Part shown: in pieces, positions 51,268 through 64,000 of the stretch
Numbering within the stretch: position 1 is the first letter of the stretch
Layout of the letters: each line of letters begins with the position of its first letter
DNA from: Nemertoderma westbladi
Lineage: Eukaryota > Animalia > Xenacoelomorpha
Reading direction: 5' to 3'
Assembly: GCA_032718475.1 (NCBI GenBank)
Contig: JAUCBJ010008282.1
Location: 1-64,000, forward strand
DNA length: 64,000 nt
Program-made: the position numbers and the translations under genes
Notes under the pieces: generated by a model
Seen by the model: the letters and a program-made list of their open reading frames with translations, nothing else
Databases searched by the model: none
Told to the model about the DNA's origin: nothing

Positions 51268-51635
51268 TTAAGAGAGTCATGGATACTCCCGCTGTTTACC
51301 CGCGCTTCAATGAATTTCTTCAACGTGACATTCAGTGCACTGGGCAGAAATCACCTATCAACTTGTATGCAAATCTGATAGCAGGTAGCCCCTAACTTGT
51401 AGACGATAAATTTTACAGTCCACTCAACTTATATACGGTTTTTGACTTATATACTTTTTTTTACTTCTAGACGGTTTTTAACTTCCCCTTAAGAGAGTTA
51501 TAGTTACTCACACTGTTTACCCGCGCTTCAACGAATTTCTTCAACGTGACATTCAGAGCACTGGACAGAAATCACCTATCAACTTGTATGCAAATCTAAT
51601 AGCAGGCAGCCCCTAACTTGTATACGGTACATTTT
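51268..51635 (-). repeat. 28S-fragment satellite, continued (2 units)
   Basis: Same unit as 9070-11969. Confidence 0.95.
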
Positions 51636-54600
51636 GAATTATTTAATTATCATCCAAACATTCGGATAAATAAGATGAAATATGCATGTTGAATATACTG
51701 TTGGTAGCGCACAAACTAGGTAGGTTGTTAAGAGGTGGTTTACTAAATTATTAAAATAAATAAAGTTATTAAAATTATTATTATTATTGCATATTATTAT
51801 TAAAAGAATTAGAGTTCCAGGGTCATTAAAAATATTGCTTTCCGTAACGATGTGGTGTTTGGTGGGATCCCCTCGCAGATTGTATAATGTAAGTTCGTAT
51901 CCGCAGCGTGGTGACACAGTTTGCATATGCAGGTATCAGTCGGTCGCCAGCATTTTGGCGTGTCGCAGCATCGTTGGTGGCAGCCGTTAACGATCAGCTG
52001 AGCGGCCGCGCGACGCCTGAACCCGTATAGGGGCTCGATGTCTAGGCCAGTGCTGCCCGTACCGTCATTATCGATAACTTCGAGTAAGTCCATTGAAGAG
52101 GAGTACTTTGAGATACCCGCCCACATCTTCCAGTAAAACGCGCGGGTCCGTCTCACATGATCCAAGCCGTCAAGATCACCTGTCGTAAATATCTCACACC
52201 CATAAGTCACTGTAGGTCGGACAATGCCTAGCCACAACCTCTTTGATGAACGCATCGAGATCGAGGTCAACTTAACTTTACAAGCCAAGCGAGCACAACA
52301 TGCTATTCCTTTATTGTATAGGTGTTGGTAATGAGCCGATGGACCATTTTGGGTTGACAAAACTACTCCGAGGTATTCGAAACTTCTTACGAATTGTATT
52401 TGTTTTCCATTAAATAGTAAAATATCATCGTTTGAAAAACGTCCTCCGTTTCTACATTTCACAGCTTTAGTCTTTGTGAGATTAACTGATAATTTATTTA
52501 ACAAGCAGAACTCAGCAAGTTTGTTAAGAGAGGCCTGCACGTCGTTGATTGATTCTCCATATTACTAAATCATCTGCGTACATAAGTACATAACATGACG
52601 CTAATGCGATTGCTGCTGGTAGATCATATACAAATATGCTAAACAGTAATGGTGACAGCTTATCCCCTTGGAGAACTCCAATGGTCTGTACTATGGGATT
52701 TATTACATATCTTCCGACACATATGCATACATAGTTTACCGCTAGTATAGACCACAGAATGGTAATGAACTTTCTGCTTACCCCGCATATTGATAGCTTC
52801 TTCATTAAAAGCTGACGATCGACCGAATCGAAGGCTTTTGTGAAATCTACGAACACACAGTATACATGCCCACCCGAGTTGCTGAGGACGGAGTTAATGT
52901 ATTCGTATAGCCGCCGTACCGCCATAATGGTTGATCTGGATTTGCGAAAACCAAATTGCTCATCCGGCAGGATTCCTGTAGATTCGGCCCAGCAGTATAA
53001 TCGTCCACAGAGAATCGACGTATACACTTTCAACATACAGCATAGGAGGGCAATCCCACGGTAATTTCCAGGCTCAGACTTAGCCCCCTTTCCTTTGAAT
53101 AATGGTATAAGGTAGGCATATAGCCATGCTGCAGGACAAGTTGCTGTAGTAAAACACAGTTGGATTAGCATTAATAAATATGGGAGCGCACCCACCGATA
53201 TCTGCTTGATCACATCATTTGTTATACCGTCTGGCCCCGGCGCTTTCCCTGACTTTTGTTTCCTGATTGTGTCCACAACTTCTTCACTTTCTATTGGCTG
53301 ATCTAAATAGTTATTGGGTTGTTCTGGAACTGTTGGTTGAGACAAGGATTCATTCGCTGCTAGTAATGTGGCGAAATGATCATTCCAGGATTCTGCTGAT
53401 ACATGTTGAGCAGTGGGTTTTTGTTGCTGCTGATGTTTAATAATATTCCAGAAATTTGATCTGTCATTTTCGCATTCCAGAATTATTTTGGTCTCCTGGT
53501 TATGTAGAAATAGTTTTTTCTTACGTTTAAGCAGTATCTTATAGCGTGATTGTAATTCCCGATATAGTAAGCGAGTTTCTTCGTTTGGATTTTCTTTCAT
53601 AGACCTGAGACTGCTACATACATCATTCTTAGTGTTTCGGCATTCAACGTCAAACCACCGGTTTAATTTTCTAGGTCTTGCTGGGGTTGCAGATATCCTA
53701 ATAGCGTTCGTTATGTACTCATTGAGATCGGTTACACCCTTGTTAGCTGCGTCCATACATTTATTCAGGTTAAGCTCATTTGAGAGTTTGTCTACGTCGA
53801 CCTTCTTTATCGCTGTAGTGCGCGGTATCTTTGTTTTCAATCCATTACATTGAAGGTTCACTCGAACACGATGATGGTTTGTGTTAACTGTTGGTTGCAC
53901 GTTTATATCAACCATGTCTATCAGTGACGCATCAACAAAGAATAAATCAATTGCACTGCTTCCATTCCAACAATAGTAGGTCGGTATTACAGGATCATTA
54001 ATGCACTGAAGGTTTGCTCCCATAAGCCCACTACACAATACATTGCCCCTTTCACCTGAAGCGTCTATTCTACAGTTAAAATCACCATATACAATTATTG
54101 GTTTTCCTGTCTTCTTTCGAACATCTGAGATCATAGGTATGAGTTCTAGTAAAATATCTGATACATATGTCTGTGGGGTGTAATAACACGCCATAAAGAC
54201 ATAGTCACCGCAGGCTATAGCAATGGTAGAATTGCTGGAGGTAATTTCTTTACAGTTAACATTGTATTTCGAATTCACTGAGATTGCGATTCCACCAGAC
54301 GGACGGCCTGTCTCGTTTTTATCACAGGGAACATTGAATGTTACATACCCAGGAAGGTTAATCGCACTCGCAAGAGTCTCAGTCATCAAAATAACATCGG
54401 ATGTCATGAAAGTTTCATCTAAAGTTGTATCAATTGTTGAATTAATTCCTTCTACATTCCATGCAACAATAAGTAGTTGACCATCTGCGTCACTTTCTGT
54501 TGTTTCATAAGGGAAAGGTAAGTGACTGAGATTTTCTAAGTTCTCTAGAGTTTGGAAGCGTAGACAGTGAGAGATTGGCTTGACATGAGATAGACTTGAC
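51636..54600 (-). mobile_element. 5'-truncated APE-RT LINE inserted in the satellite
   Basis: TSD ATACG(G/A)TACATTTT at 51622-51635 and 54601-54614; AT-rich 3' end. Confidence 0.9.
51809..54600 (-). pseudogene. LINE ORF2: APE, RT and C-terminal Cys/His cluster; frameshift near 52555
   Basis: AWNVEG, MTET, GDFN, SAIDLFF, KAPGPDG, YRGIALL, QFGFR, DFTKAFD, GVLQG..LSP, YADD, YLG; clade not resolved. Confidence 0.92.
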
Positions 54601-55224
54601 ATACGATACATTTTACAGTCCAAATAACTTAAATACGGTTATTGACTTATATACGTTTTTTAACTTCCCCTTAAGAGAGTCTTAGTTATTCCTTCTCTTT
54701 ACCCGTGCTTCAATGAATTTCTTCAACATGACATTCAGAGCACTGGGCAGAAATCACCTATCAACTTTTACGCAAATCTGATAGCAGATAGCCCTTAACT
54801 TGTATACGATACATTTTACAGTCCTACTTAACTTATATACGGTTTTTGACTTATATAAAGTTTTTTTTTATGCCTTATTGAATTATATACGGTTTTTAAT
54901 TTCCCTTAAGAGAGTCATGGATACTCCCGCTGTTTACCCGCGCTTCAATGAATTTCTTCAACGTGACATTCAGTGCACTGGGCAGAAATCACCTATCAAC
55001 TTGTATGCAAATCTGATAGCAGGTAGCCCCTAACTTGTAGACGATAAATTTTACAGTCCACTCAACTTATATACGGTTTTTGACTTATATACGTTTTTTT
55101 ACTTCTAGACGGTTTTTAACTTCCCCTTAGGAGAGTTATAGTTACTCACACTGTTTACCCGCGCTTCAATGAATTTCTTCAACGTGACATTCGGAGCACT
55201 GGACAGAAATCACCTATCAACTTG
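54601..55224 (-). repeat. 28S-fragment satellite, continued (3 units)
   Basis: Same unit as 9070-11969. Confidence 0.95.
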
Positions 55225-57518
55225 TGTTAAACAACCGCGTCACCTATACTAACAGCAGAAATGTTGAACAGAAAAATACGGGTATACTTCTCTGCCAACC
55301 TAATAAGTTCCCGCCTAACCAATAAGACACAAAGACTGCTCTACTGTTAAATAAAGGCAATCAGGAGCGTGCTATTACTAAATTGTAGGGCTGCTAAATA
55401 CAAAACCGCTACTTACCGTTGGATGGCGCTAATCTGCCGTCCGCTAATATATTTTACTAAATTTACATGGCTCCTGCAAAATCGCTTGTTCCTTTCTCTA
55501 CCGATCGCTCGACAGAGAGCTAACTGTTCGAATCTATGAGCCACGCAGGAATAACCAAAACAATAAACCCGAGTCGACTCCCTAAGCTTACTTAAGACGA
55601 GTGTGAGAGGCTTTGCACTCAGAGTATATTCTTACGTCTAATTTTACTACTATTGAAGCACGCCATTGCCTACGTCTTTTCTAATCGCGAATACTGGGGT
55701 TTCCCTAACGGAATGTGTGAATGCGAGAATATTTAAAATAATCAAATAATGGTACGGTACAATGTCTTTCGTGGGCAGTACCACTCCGAGTCTAAATTTG
55801 CCTGCGGCTGGCTTTAGGCCAGCAATTTACTAATGCGAATTGCTTATTGAATACTGCGATCTAGCTTATTGCCCGCTAATGCAAATAACCGCTCAGCGTG
55901 AATAGTTTACGGTACTCTAAATTATTACCTAGCTACTCTCCGCTATGCTGCGTACTAATTCTTAATTTCACTAATTAATTACAGTCACAAATGTGTAACA
56001 GCGTACTAATTACTAAGAGTTCCAGAATGCGTAATTCTAATTTATTACACAACAGGTTTCACTAGTAACAGTCTAAAATACTGTATTACTTTGACCTAAT
56101 CAGTAATCAATTATTGTAAACTAAGAAATAGAAATCAATCAAAGAGAAAAGGGTCGCCTACCTAAGCATTCGTAATCATAGGCACACTTCAATAACACAC
56201 CAATCAGCGTCAGCAATCACAGATCACAATAGTACAACTTGCAATTATACAATCCGCAATTATATAATTTGCCATGCAATTCGCTATTGTAAAGCACGCA
56301 GGCCTCTCCCCAGTACGTCTAAGGCTTCCTAACTAACCCAATTCCTGCCCCCCTAATACTACAAAATAGAGACAAAATCTGGATCATCAGCCCCCTAATT
56401 GCCGCACCAGCAGATGGTCTGCCCGCTACAACGCAAATTGCCCAACCGCAACACAGGTCGCCCTCTATAACGCAAGTTGCCCGACCGCAACGGTGACCCC
56501 CCGCCAGCATTGCCAGCCTTTGAATCCTCCGCTCTCCTTTAGTCGCCCAACCCCCCGATGTGCCCACTGCCTACCGGTACCTTAGCCCTCCATCAAGATA
56601 AATAGCTACCGTAGTGGCGCATGCTAATCACAAGTCTGCCAGTCTCAGAAAATCCCGTAGGATTATTGCGTCGAAATGAATTACATAGAACCATTAACAA
56701 AAGGGGTAGAAATCATAGTTCCGGTTGTAATTAGCAGTAATCGATAGGATTGATTGAGAAACACAATTGAGAATAATAGCACTAACGAATCATTCCAAGA
56801 AATTAATCAAAAAGGGTAGAAATGCAGAAAATACGTACAAATTATACTCTAACTTAATGGTACTAAAAATGTCTGAGTGAGTGGTAAGAGCAATAAGGTC
56901 GTTGGAATTGAATTGATATGAGGTACAGCTCTACCAGCAAACCGCCAATTTATAGGTGATCCGAGAAGGGTGATGCAATCGCTCTCTCATTGGCTCTCCA
57001 ATCCGCGCTAGCATTAGACCAACCTGGAAACAGTTAGTCCAATAAGAAAGCCGGATTGTAGCCCTATTGCTTCTCAAACCCTCAAAATGTCACCATATAA
57101 GGTAATTTTGCCGATGCTTAATTTAGCGGTACTAATAACATGATGCACAAAAGTTAATTTAGCGCGATTATAAAGAAATCAAACCCGTGATAGCTAGCCC
57201 ATCAAGGTTAATAACAGCAAACCCGAAATCCAGGGTCCAACTGGACTTGCTACCCTGGAACTATCTACTTATATCGTATTACAAAATTACATAGGTATGG
57301 CTACATACTATACAAAATGGATGAGTTCAAAATATATGGGCGTTTTAATTTCCTTATCTAAATGTCACTGCGCTATTATGTCTTATCTAAAATATTATAC
57401 TGCATAACGGACTAATATTGCGTACAGTATAACGGACTAATATATTATACTGCATAATGGACCAATATATTATACTGTATAATGGCTAATAATGTGTACA
57501 GCACCATATACCGTAACA
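55225..57518 (-). repeat. Putative 3' LTR of Bel/Pao C (about 2.3 kb)
   Basis: TGTTA..TAACA termini plus adjacent PPT; partner LTR not in the window. Confidence 0.7.
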
Positions 57519-57922
57519 CCGCTCCAAGGGAAATCATACAATGTTTCCCTCCAACTGTAGAAGAGTATAGGGTGATGTATACAAACAAAATAAATTTCTT
57601 TCAAATAATCTAAAATACTTGATACTATAAATTCTACTATTTACAAATATTGCCATAGATATTGCATAATGAATTGCATACAAATTAATGATTACTACAT
57701 ACAAGATCAAATATAAAAATTTTTGCTAGGGTAGGTGAAAGGAGTAAGCCAAACCCGCAGGTTTGTCTCCCCAATCACCTCCTTCGCCTCTCTCATAATA
57801 TAAATTCAGATTGGTATGACTAGTGTATATGAGTCTAGTCGAATATTTCCAAATGCTACAATATACATCAGAGCGACGATGATGTATACATCTAGAGTCT
57901 GTCGCCCCGTGTTATAAGTGCA

Positions 57923-60900
57923 TTACTGACCCGCTCCTGGGTTCTTTGGGCTCGCTCCTCTCTTTCGCCCTCTTCCCAGATACACTAAACGTCCTTTGGT
58001 CGATTCTGTTGACGGCGTCCGTGAGGCGTCACTCCCCGGAACCGGCGACGATGTTCCCTGAGCCCCGACAGATTCCCGGCTGGTACTTCTACCTCGGCCT
58101 CGTCCCAATCGAGCTCCTGTGGTCGCTTCCGCCAATTCTTCCTTCTGCAGTTGCACTCTTGCCTTCTCCGATGCTCCCTGCGCTTTGCGCTGCAACCATT
58201 GTGCTTCTATAATAGAGTGATAGTGGTCGTCCTTGACTTGACGCTTGTCTTGGACCTCTCCTCCTGGTTCTTTCCGCGAGCCTTGAGCTCCAGCGGTCGA
58301 CGTTGAGGTCGCTGCGATTCTCTGCTCCTGTATCCTCTCAGCGGTCAATGACCCCACTGGTACATGAGTCAACAAGAATTCGTTGCGGTATTGTATAGCC
58401 GCCATCCTCCAATCCCCTCGCGCGCGTACCACCTTTCTAGTTTCCGAAAACAGACCTTTTGTAATCCGGTCGCAAATAGCAACGAAGTTCCAAGTGTACT
58501 TGTTGTCCATATTCAACTGTCTGAAGTATTCTCGAACTACGATAACTCCAGTGTTTTGTGGAAGGTCTTGATCGGTCAAGATGAGCTCCTGATATTGTGG
58601 CAAAGACTGTAAATACGGCTCATACGCAACATGAGATGGGTCTACAGCCCAAAATCCGTATCCCGCCTTAAATGGTAACCAACGCATCTGCGCTTGGATG
58701 TGGTAGTCGGCCACACCCTCCCACTTATCTAGCATAGGTTAGCGCTGTGGTTTTGGAAGGAATCATCTCGCAACTGACATCTCGCGCTGCGATGTCCCTT
58801 TACCCCACAGTATCCGCATTTAGAAATGAAGACGGTGCACGTGTGAAACGAATGGTCGGTCTCATTACACCAACGGCAGACCTTATGCGCCGCTTCTACT
58901 ACCGCGTCGCACGATTTTTGATTGTGCCTTGTGCTGCCGCACAACTTACACCTACGCGCATGTGGAAACCAGGCCCTCTCGTATATGAGGTCTCCAATCG
59001 GTTTCGCACTTCCTTCTTTCCCAATGTCTAATACGATGTCGTCCTCTCCGGTCAGCGGTTGTCGATCCGGAACAAAGTAAACATCCTCGCCCTTGTCCTC
59101 TATCTCCAATATTTCCTCCCGCATTCATTTCGGATATGTCTTCTCCACCGGAAGATCTACTCCGAACACCTCTACTAACATCTCCGGCCAACCCTCCTTA
59201 ACGGGTCTATCAGCCTCCGAGTGGAAGGGAGTACCAAACCCGCGGGTTTGATTCCCGAACCACTTCTCCAAGGCTTCTGGCGTCGGATACTCCATCGACG
59301 GTCGGTCTCCCAAATCTCCGATGTTCTGTCGATATACTCCTTCGAATATCGCTAATCCTCTCCTAACCATCGACATATTCTCTAATGATTGGTTGAAGAA
59401 CGGGGTTAAGAAACGCTTCATCACGTCGGATTGGATTCCCCCTTTCGAGCGAACGTATTGATCTCCTCCGAATACCAATGGATGACGCTTCAAAACTCGC
59501 GCAACGATATCCGCTAATAAACAAGTCACCGTGTTCGACTCAAGCACCAAATAATATTGTAGCGACGCACGGGGTGGCGCGCAAATGTTCCAATACACTA
59601 ACGCTTGCCGCTTGAAGTGGGATTTGAACTCCGCTCCCGGTGGCGTGTTGTATTCACCATACGCCTCCTCGTATTTCTTCTGCGTCTTTAACTTAAAGTC
59701 CCAATTATACAACAAATGTGCTATGAAGCCCATACCAGTCTTGGCAGAGTTGGGATACTCTCTATAAATTCCAATATCCTGTGCCCATAGCAACAATAGC
59801 TTGGTGTCGACAAACGGTCTCGGCAATCTATCTTCCAAATCAGTCATGGCGTTGAAGTCACTCTCCAAATCGCTCTGGACTCCTGATCCCACCTTGACGT
59901 AATCTTGGTTGAGAATAGCCTCTCTAACCTTCTTGGGTAGCATCCTGGCGTCGATACGCTCCGCTCCGTGCATACCTCCTCGCCTGCATACCTCCAAAAT
60001 CTGTTCCCTAGGATCCTTCCCCTTCCGATAATGTGTCGTTATGATGGGCTCCGGTCTCTCTCAATCCGCCCTCACGCGCATGAACACATGAGTCACACCA
60101 TCGGCTGCGCGAATTTGAATGCACTTGCTAGTCAAACATTCTTGATGGGACCCTCCTTCATTGTCATAGAACATCACCCTCCAATCCTGCAGTGATTCCT
60201 CCGTTTTCCTCCACTGATGCTGAATCTCGTCTGATGGGGTCCACATGCGCTCGATAGCCTTGTGGTCATCATATCGGGTGTAAGAACCCTTCCTCCTCAG
60301 CCACGTCTGGTCTACCTCCTCGTCGTCTGGGAATGTAGCCACCGCGACCCATACTTTGATGTACTTATCTAACCATCCAAACAATTTGCTCTCCTTCCCC
60401 GGAGCTCCAATCTTGTCCAATGTGTCATAATCCGTGATCTGCATTGGGACATCACGCAAGAACTTCGCGCATAAAACTTCCCGTAGACAGTCAACGTTCC
60501 AATGATCCGCCATTCTTACCATCGGCAAGAATCTTATCGCTTCTCACGACTCCGGATGATCTACTAATATCGCAGGTTCGTTGCAGTCTGAATAATACAC
60601 CGGTCAGGGTTGAGATACGGCCTGTGGAACAAATCCGGTCACTCTCCTAGTCTCCTCTTGATGTCTATCCGCGGTCTTATTATACTCCGCTATCCTCTTC
60701 TCGAATAACTCTTTCGCCTTTGCCGCTCGCTCCTCCTGCCGCAACGCGTCTATGTCGTCCTGATGCTCAGGAGTGAGGATTCTCGCTCGTTGAGGTGAAG
60801 TAAACGCAGTCCAGGGACTCGAGAGCTCCAAACCCACGGGTTTGGTACCCGAGTCCCGTGCCGCTTCGCGCCGCGCCTCTAGATCCTTATAGGCTCGGTA

Positions 60901-61610
60901 CAGCGAAATGGCCCCTGCTGTCTCTATCAAACTGGGTGTCGAACAGGGTTTAATCTCCGTATACGGATCTAATGTCGTAATGGTCGGCGTAATGGGTCTC
61001 GGAGGTCGCTTTCCGCTGAAGTCGATACTGATCATCGGGTTGCTCATCGGGTAACCTCCCTCGTTATATCTAAGGAACTGGTGAGCTTGACATCGCGTTA
61101 ATATCGGTTCTGGATGTTGCTCGTCTAGTCGGTCGGGAATCGCCACGTCTTGTTTGTTCATGTTCACTTGTAAAACAACTTGTACACGCTGAAGATTTTC
61201 GGCGTCTCCTGATACTCGCCTCGAGTCCTCCGGTACAAATGCATTCCGTCGAACTGATCGCGGACTGCAGGTAGAGGTTCTTCGTATCGTAAATACATAT
61301 TCATGTGGTACAGCCGCGCGATCTCCTCATCCGGGTCTGCGCTGATGTCGCACACGTCTAAAGCGAAATCGTAGGGATACCGAGTGCGATACTCTTTCCG
61401 CAAAACTTCCATACGGTCCCCCAACGCTCTCATTCTTTCCCTCCGTAACTCCTTATCATACGTGGGTTTATATTTCCCATTTAGCTCCATCACCGACCTC
61501 CCGTGGTAGTAAACGTTAGAATCTTTACATCCTGGTCGCGCGAATGGTAACTCCGCCTCCTCTCTGGCAGTAAATCCTCTGCGTGGTTGCGCTCTAATAT
61601 CCTTCTCCAT
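57923..61610 (-). pseudogene. Disrupted extra ORF of Bel/Pao C: DEDDy-like exonuclease, three CCHC knuckles and a basic tail
   Basis: Six consecutive ORF pieces: FYDNEG, CIQIRAADG, LPKKVREAIL..VKVGSGVQSD, FVDT, KTGMGFIA, YLVLE, CKLC/CRWC/CGYC knuckles; membership of the two most upstream pieces is inferred. Confidence 0.78.
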
Positions 61611-62360
61611 TATGCGCCGCGTATATACATATATATATCCAATAAGTGCCGTTACGTAACCAATTACACTATGGGTAAATCAGTTGGATGTTGCCGAAAA
61701 ACAGACCTCTCGAACCCCCCCGCTGCCTTCCAGCAGTTCAGGTTCGACTCTCTAGATCCCGTCTCTTCCTAACTATCCTCTAACCTATTCCCATGCATAG
61801 CGCAAAACTTTGGAGATAAACTGGCTGTGACCAACTCACTTTTTGATGCCCAAACTACCCCCTTTACTCGTACTAAACTACAGTAGTTAGAAAGACCATA
61901 GTCTCAATGCTCGACTATACCAAACCCACAGGTTTGATAATCGAACATCACACATCACTGCAACTACTGAGTGGGGTCCGTGTACGCCCTGGTGCTACTA
62001 ACCTTTAACACCTTAGTTGTACTGTTGGCACCAATCTGTGGAAGTTGCTAAACTCAATTTACACTCCTACATAATATAGCCGTCACCATGGTTTCTAAAT
62101 GCTATTTTCCAGGCTTCACGACTTTCAAATTACTGTATATCTATAGACGAATTCTAAAACGCGTCTATACATAGCGTCTGGAATTGTCTTGGGTTCACTT
62201 CTAATTTTTTAAAATTTTAAATTTTCCAAAAATTTTGAAAATAAAATTTTGTTTTGATACCCACCAGACAAAACTCAACGCAAATCACCGCAAACCCGCT
62301 CCTATGCATTTCCTTGTATTTGCATACGAGGAATGCATACGAAGTGAGTTGCGTCCAACA

Positions 62361-64000
62361 CTAATTCTGTTTTGAGGCAGGAGACAAATTATAATCTCCC
62401 GTCTCGATGCGTGTCTCCTCTAATAACACGATATCTTGGACCGGTCGGTCCAAGGTGTGTAAACCATTAGTTTTACACTTCTTTGGGTGTGGACACTTGC
62501 ACCTAATTTTCACAGTGACTGTGCGCACTATGTTTTGCACGTCTGGGTGTGTGTGCAAGATAACTCCCGTCTCCCAGTATTTTCTCTTAACAATTGGCTC
62601 GGTTATCAATACGTAATCTCCCCTTTGGAGACTCCGAACCGTTTTGTACCACTTTGTTCTGGTGGATATGGTGGGAAGATAGTATTCCCGCCAATATTCC
62701 CAGAATGTGTACGCGACTAATTGTGTCACCTTACGACTATACGACTATACGTCTTACGACTATATAGGTCGGCACTAATGGGTTCTGATGCCGGCACAAG
62801 AAATGCTGGACTCTGCATTAGCAAATGATTCGGCGTTAATGCAACACCTTCTGGCAACATAGCTATCGGCCTCGAGTTTAGTGTATGCTCGATTTCGATG
62901 AAAGCTGTGACCAGCTCGTCGTCGGTAAGTTGTTTGTTTACAGGCAACGTCTTAGCAATGGCCTGTTTTACAGAGCGAACTAAACGCTCCCAACTTCCTC
63001 CTCTCCAAGGACTTTCTGGAGTATTAAATCTCCACTCTACTCTTTGCGGCAAAAGTGCTGCAGAAATTTCCTTATTCTGTGCCGCTTTATGAGCCGCGTT
63101 CAACTCGCTATTCCCTCCGACAAAGTTTGTACCCTTGTCAGAGTAGAACGCCTTTACTAGTCCTCTCCTGGCCATAAATCTCTTTAAGGCCAGGAGCAGA
63201 GATTTGGTGACATGTCTGCCACACGCTCAATGTGTATGGCTCTACTAGCCATGCATGTCAGTAGCAGACCCCATCGCTTGTGGGTCAGCCGTCCACTCTT
63301 TGCCTCAATCGGACCAAAACAATCCACCCCTGTGTTCGTAAAGGGTGGGTCATACGCCTGCACTCTCGCTTCCGGGAGTTCAGCCATCTCCTATTCCAAT
63401 ACTCTGGCGTTCACTCTCTTGCAAACCAGACAGGCATCATACATTGTGCTGACTGCCCTGCTTGGCTGCAATAGAATGAATCGCTGTCTCGCTGCTGACA
63501 AACAGTGTAACCTTCCCGCGTGATGCAACCTCTTATGTATATCCCATAGAATCGCTCTTTGCAATTCTATTGGGTGACTAGGAATTATCACTGGGAACCT
63601 AAACTGTGAGTTTATGTCGACAGTCTGGATTCTCGATCTATGACAAATTAAACCCTTATGGATTAATGGACTCCATTTTCTAAGGGGTTTATAGAGAACT
63701 GGTCGCTGAGCCGATAATAGATGGAATTCTTTAGGGAAGGCACACATTTGATAATGCTTCAAATGCTTTAATTCCGCTTGATCAATCTCATCCTCTGTCA
63801 GAGGTTGTTTCAATTTCCGAATTCGCTCGCTATTGGTGCTCGATGGTTCTCTCAAATGTTCCAAATGTTTTAAACAAAGGTACGAAATATATTGGCTTAA
63901 CCACGCAGTTCTTTTACAAATTGTCAGCCAAGAGGCAGATTAATTTAGTAATTTGTCATAAACACTACATGGCTCTAATGCCAGCGACGGTTGTCCGCTA
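62361..64000 (-). pseudogene. pol: Bel/Pao C integrase region, with a stop at 63391-63393 and frameshifts near 63200 and 62730
   Basis: H..HH..C..C, MAELPEARV, GVDCFGP, SDKGTNF, GGSWERLVRSVK, LNSRP, LTPNHLL, FW..W..YLP. Confidence 0.93.

Larger units (their letters stand above)
55225..64000 (-). mobile_element. Bel/Pao LTR retrotransposon C, 3' part (runs off the window)
   Basis: Satellite breaks at TG 55225; degenerate Bel/Pao integrase; PPT-like GGAGCGG next to 57518, as in element B. Confidence 0.88.

Noticed and set aside
54601-54623. Listed start of the 699-aa LINE ORF
   Set aside because: These codons come from the flanking satellite and TSD; the element is 5'-truncated

Overview
AT-rich eukaryotic (animal-like) DNA made almost entirely of mobile elements; I see no host gene. 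1-7.7 kb is a fragment of a Polinton/Maverick-like element: a frameshifted protein-primed PolB flanked by a TBP-like gene and a PC4-like gene, behind a TATA-containing palindrome. From about 9.07 kb there is a satellite whose unit carries about 89 nt of 28S rRNA ending at the R2 target site (TTAAGG), which contains the Pokey TTAA. A six-deep nest sits in it, with target-site duplications visible at every level: piggyBac-like MITE > Bel/Pao A (12103-50891) > CACAGTG-ended Chapaev/Transib-like element > second piggyBac-like element > Bel/Pao B (16697-34079) > Penelope with hammerhead motifs. An APE-RT LINE and a third Bel/Pao (C, 55225 to window end) also interrupt the satellite. Most notable: (1) Bel/Pao A and B lack a TGG tRNA primer-binding site and instead have a PBS complementary to their own LTR, suggesting self-priming; (2) Bel/Pao A and C both carry an extra post-pol ORF with a DEDDy-like 3'-5' exonuclease plus three CCHC knuckles; (3) the 28S-derived satellite; (4) the TBP+PC4 module beside PolB. 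Family assignments come from motif recognition by eye, without database searches.
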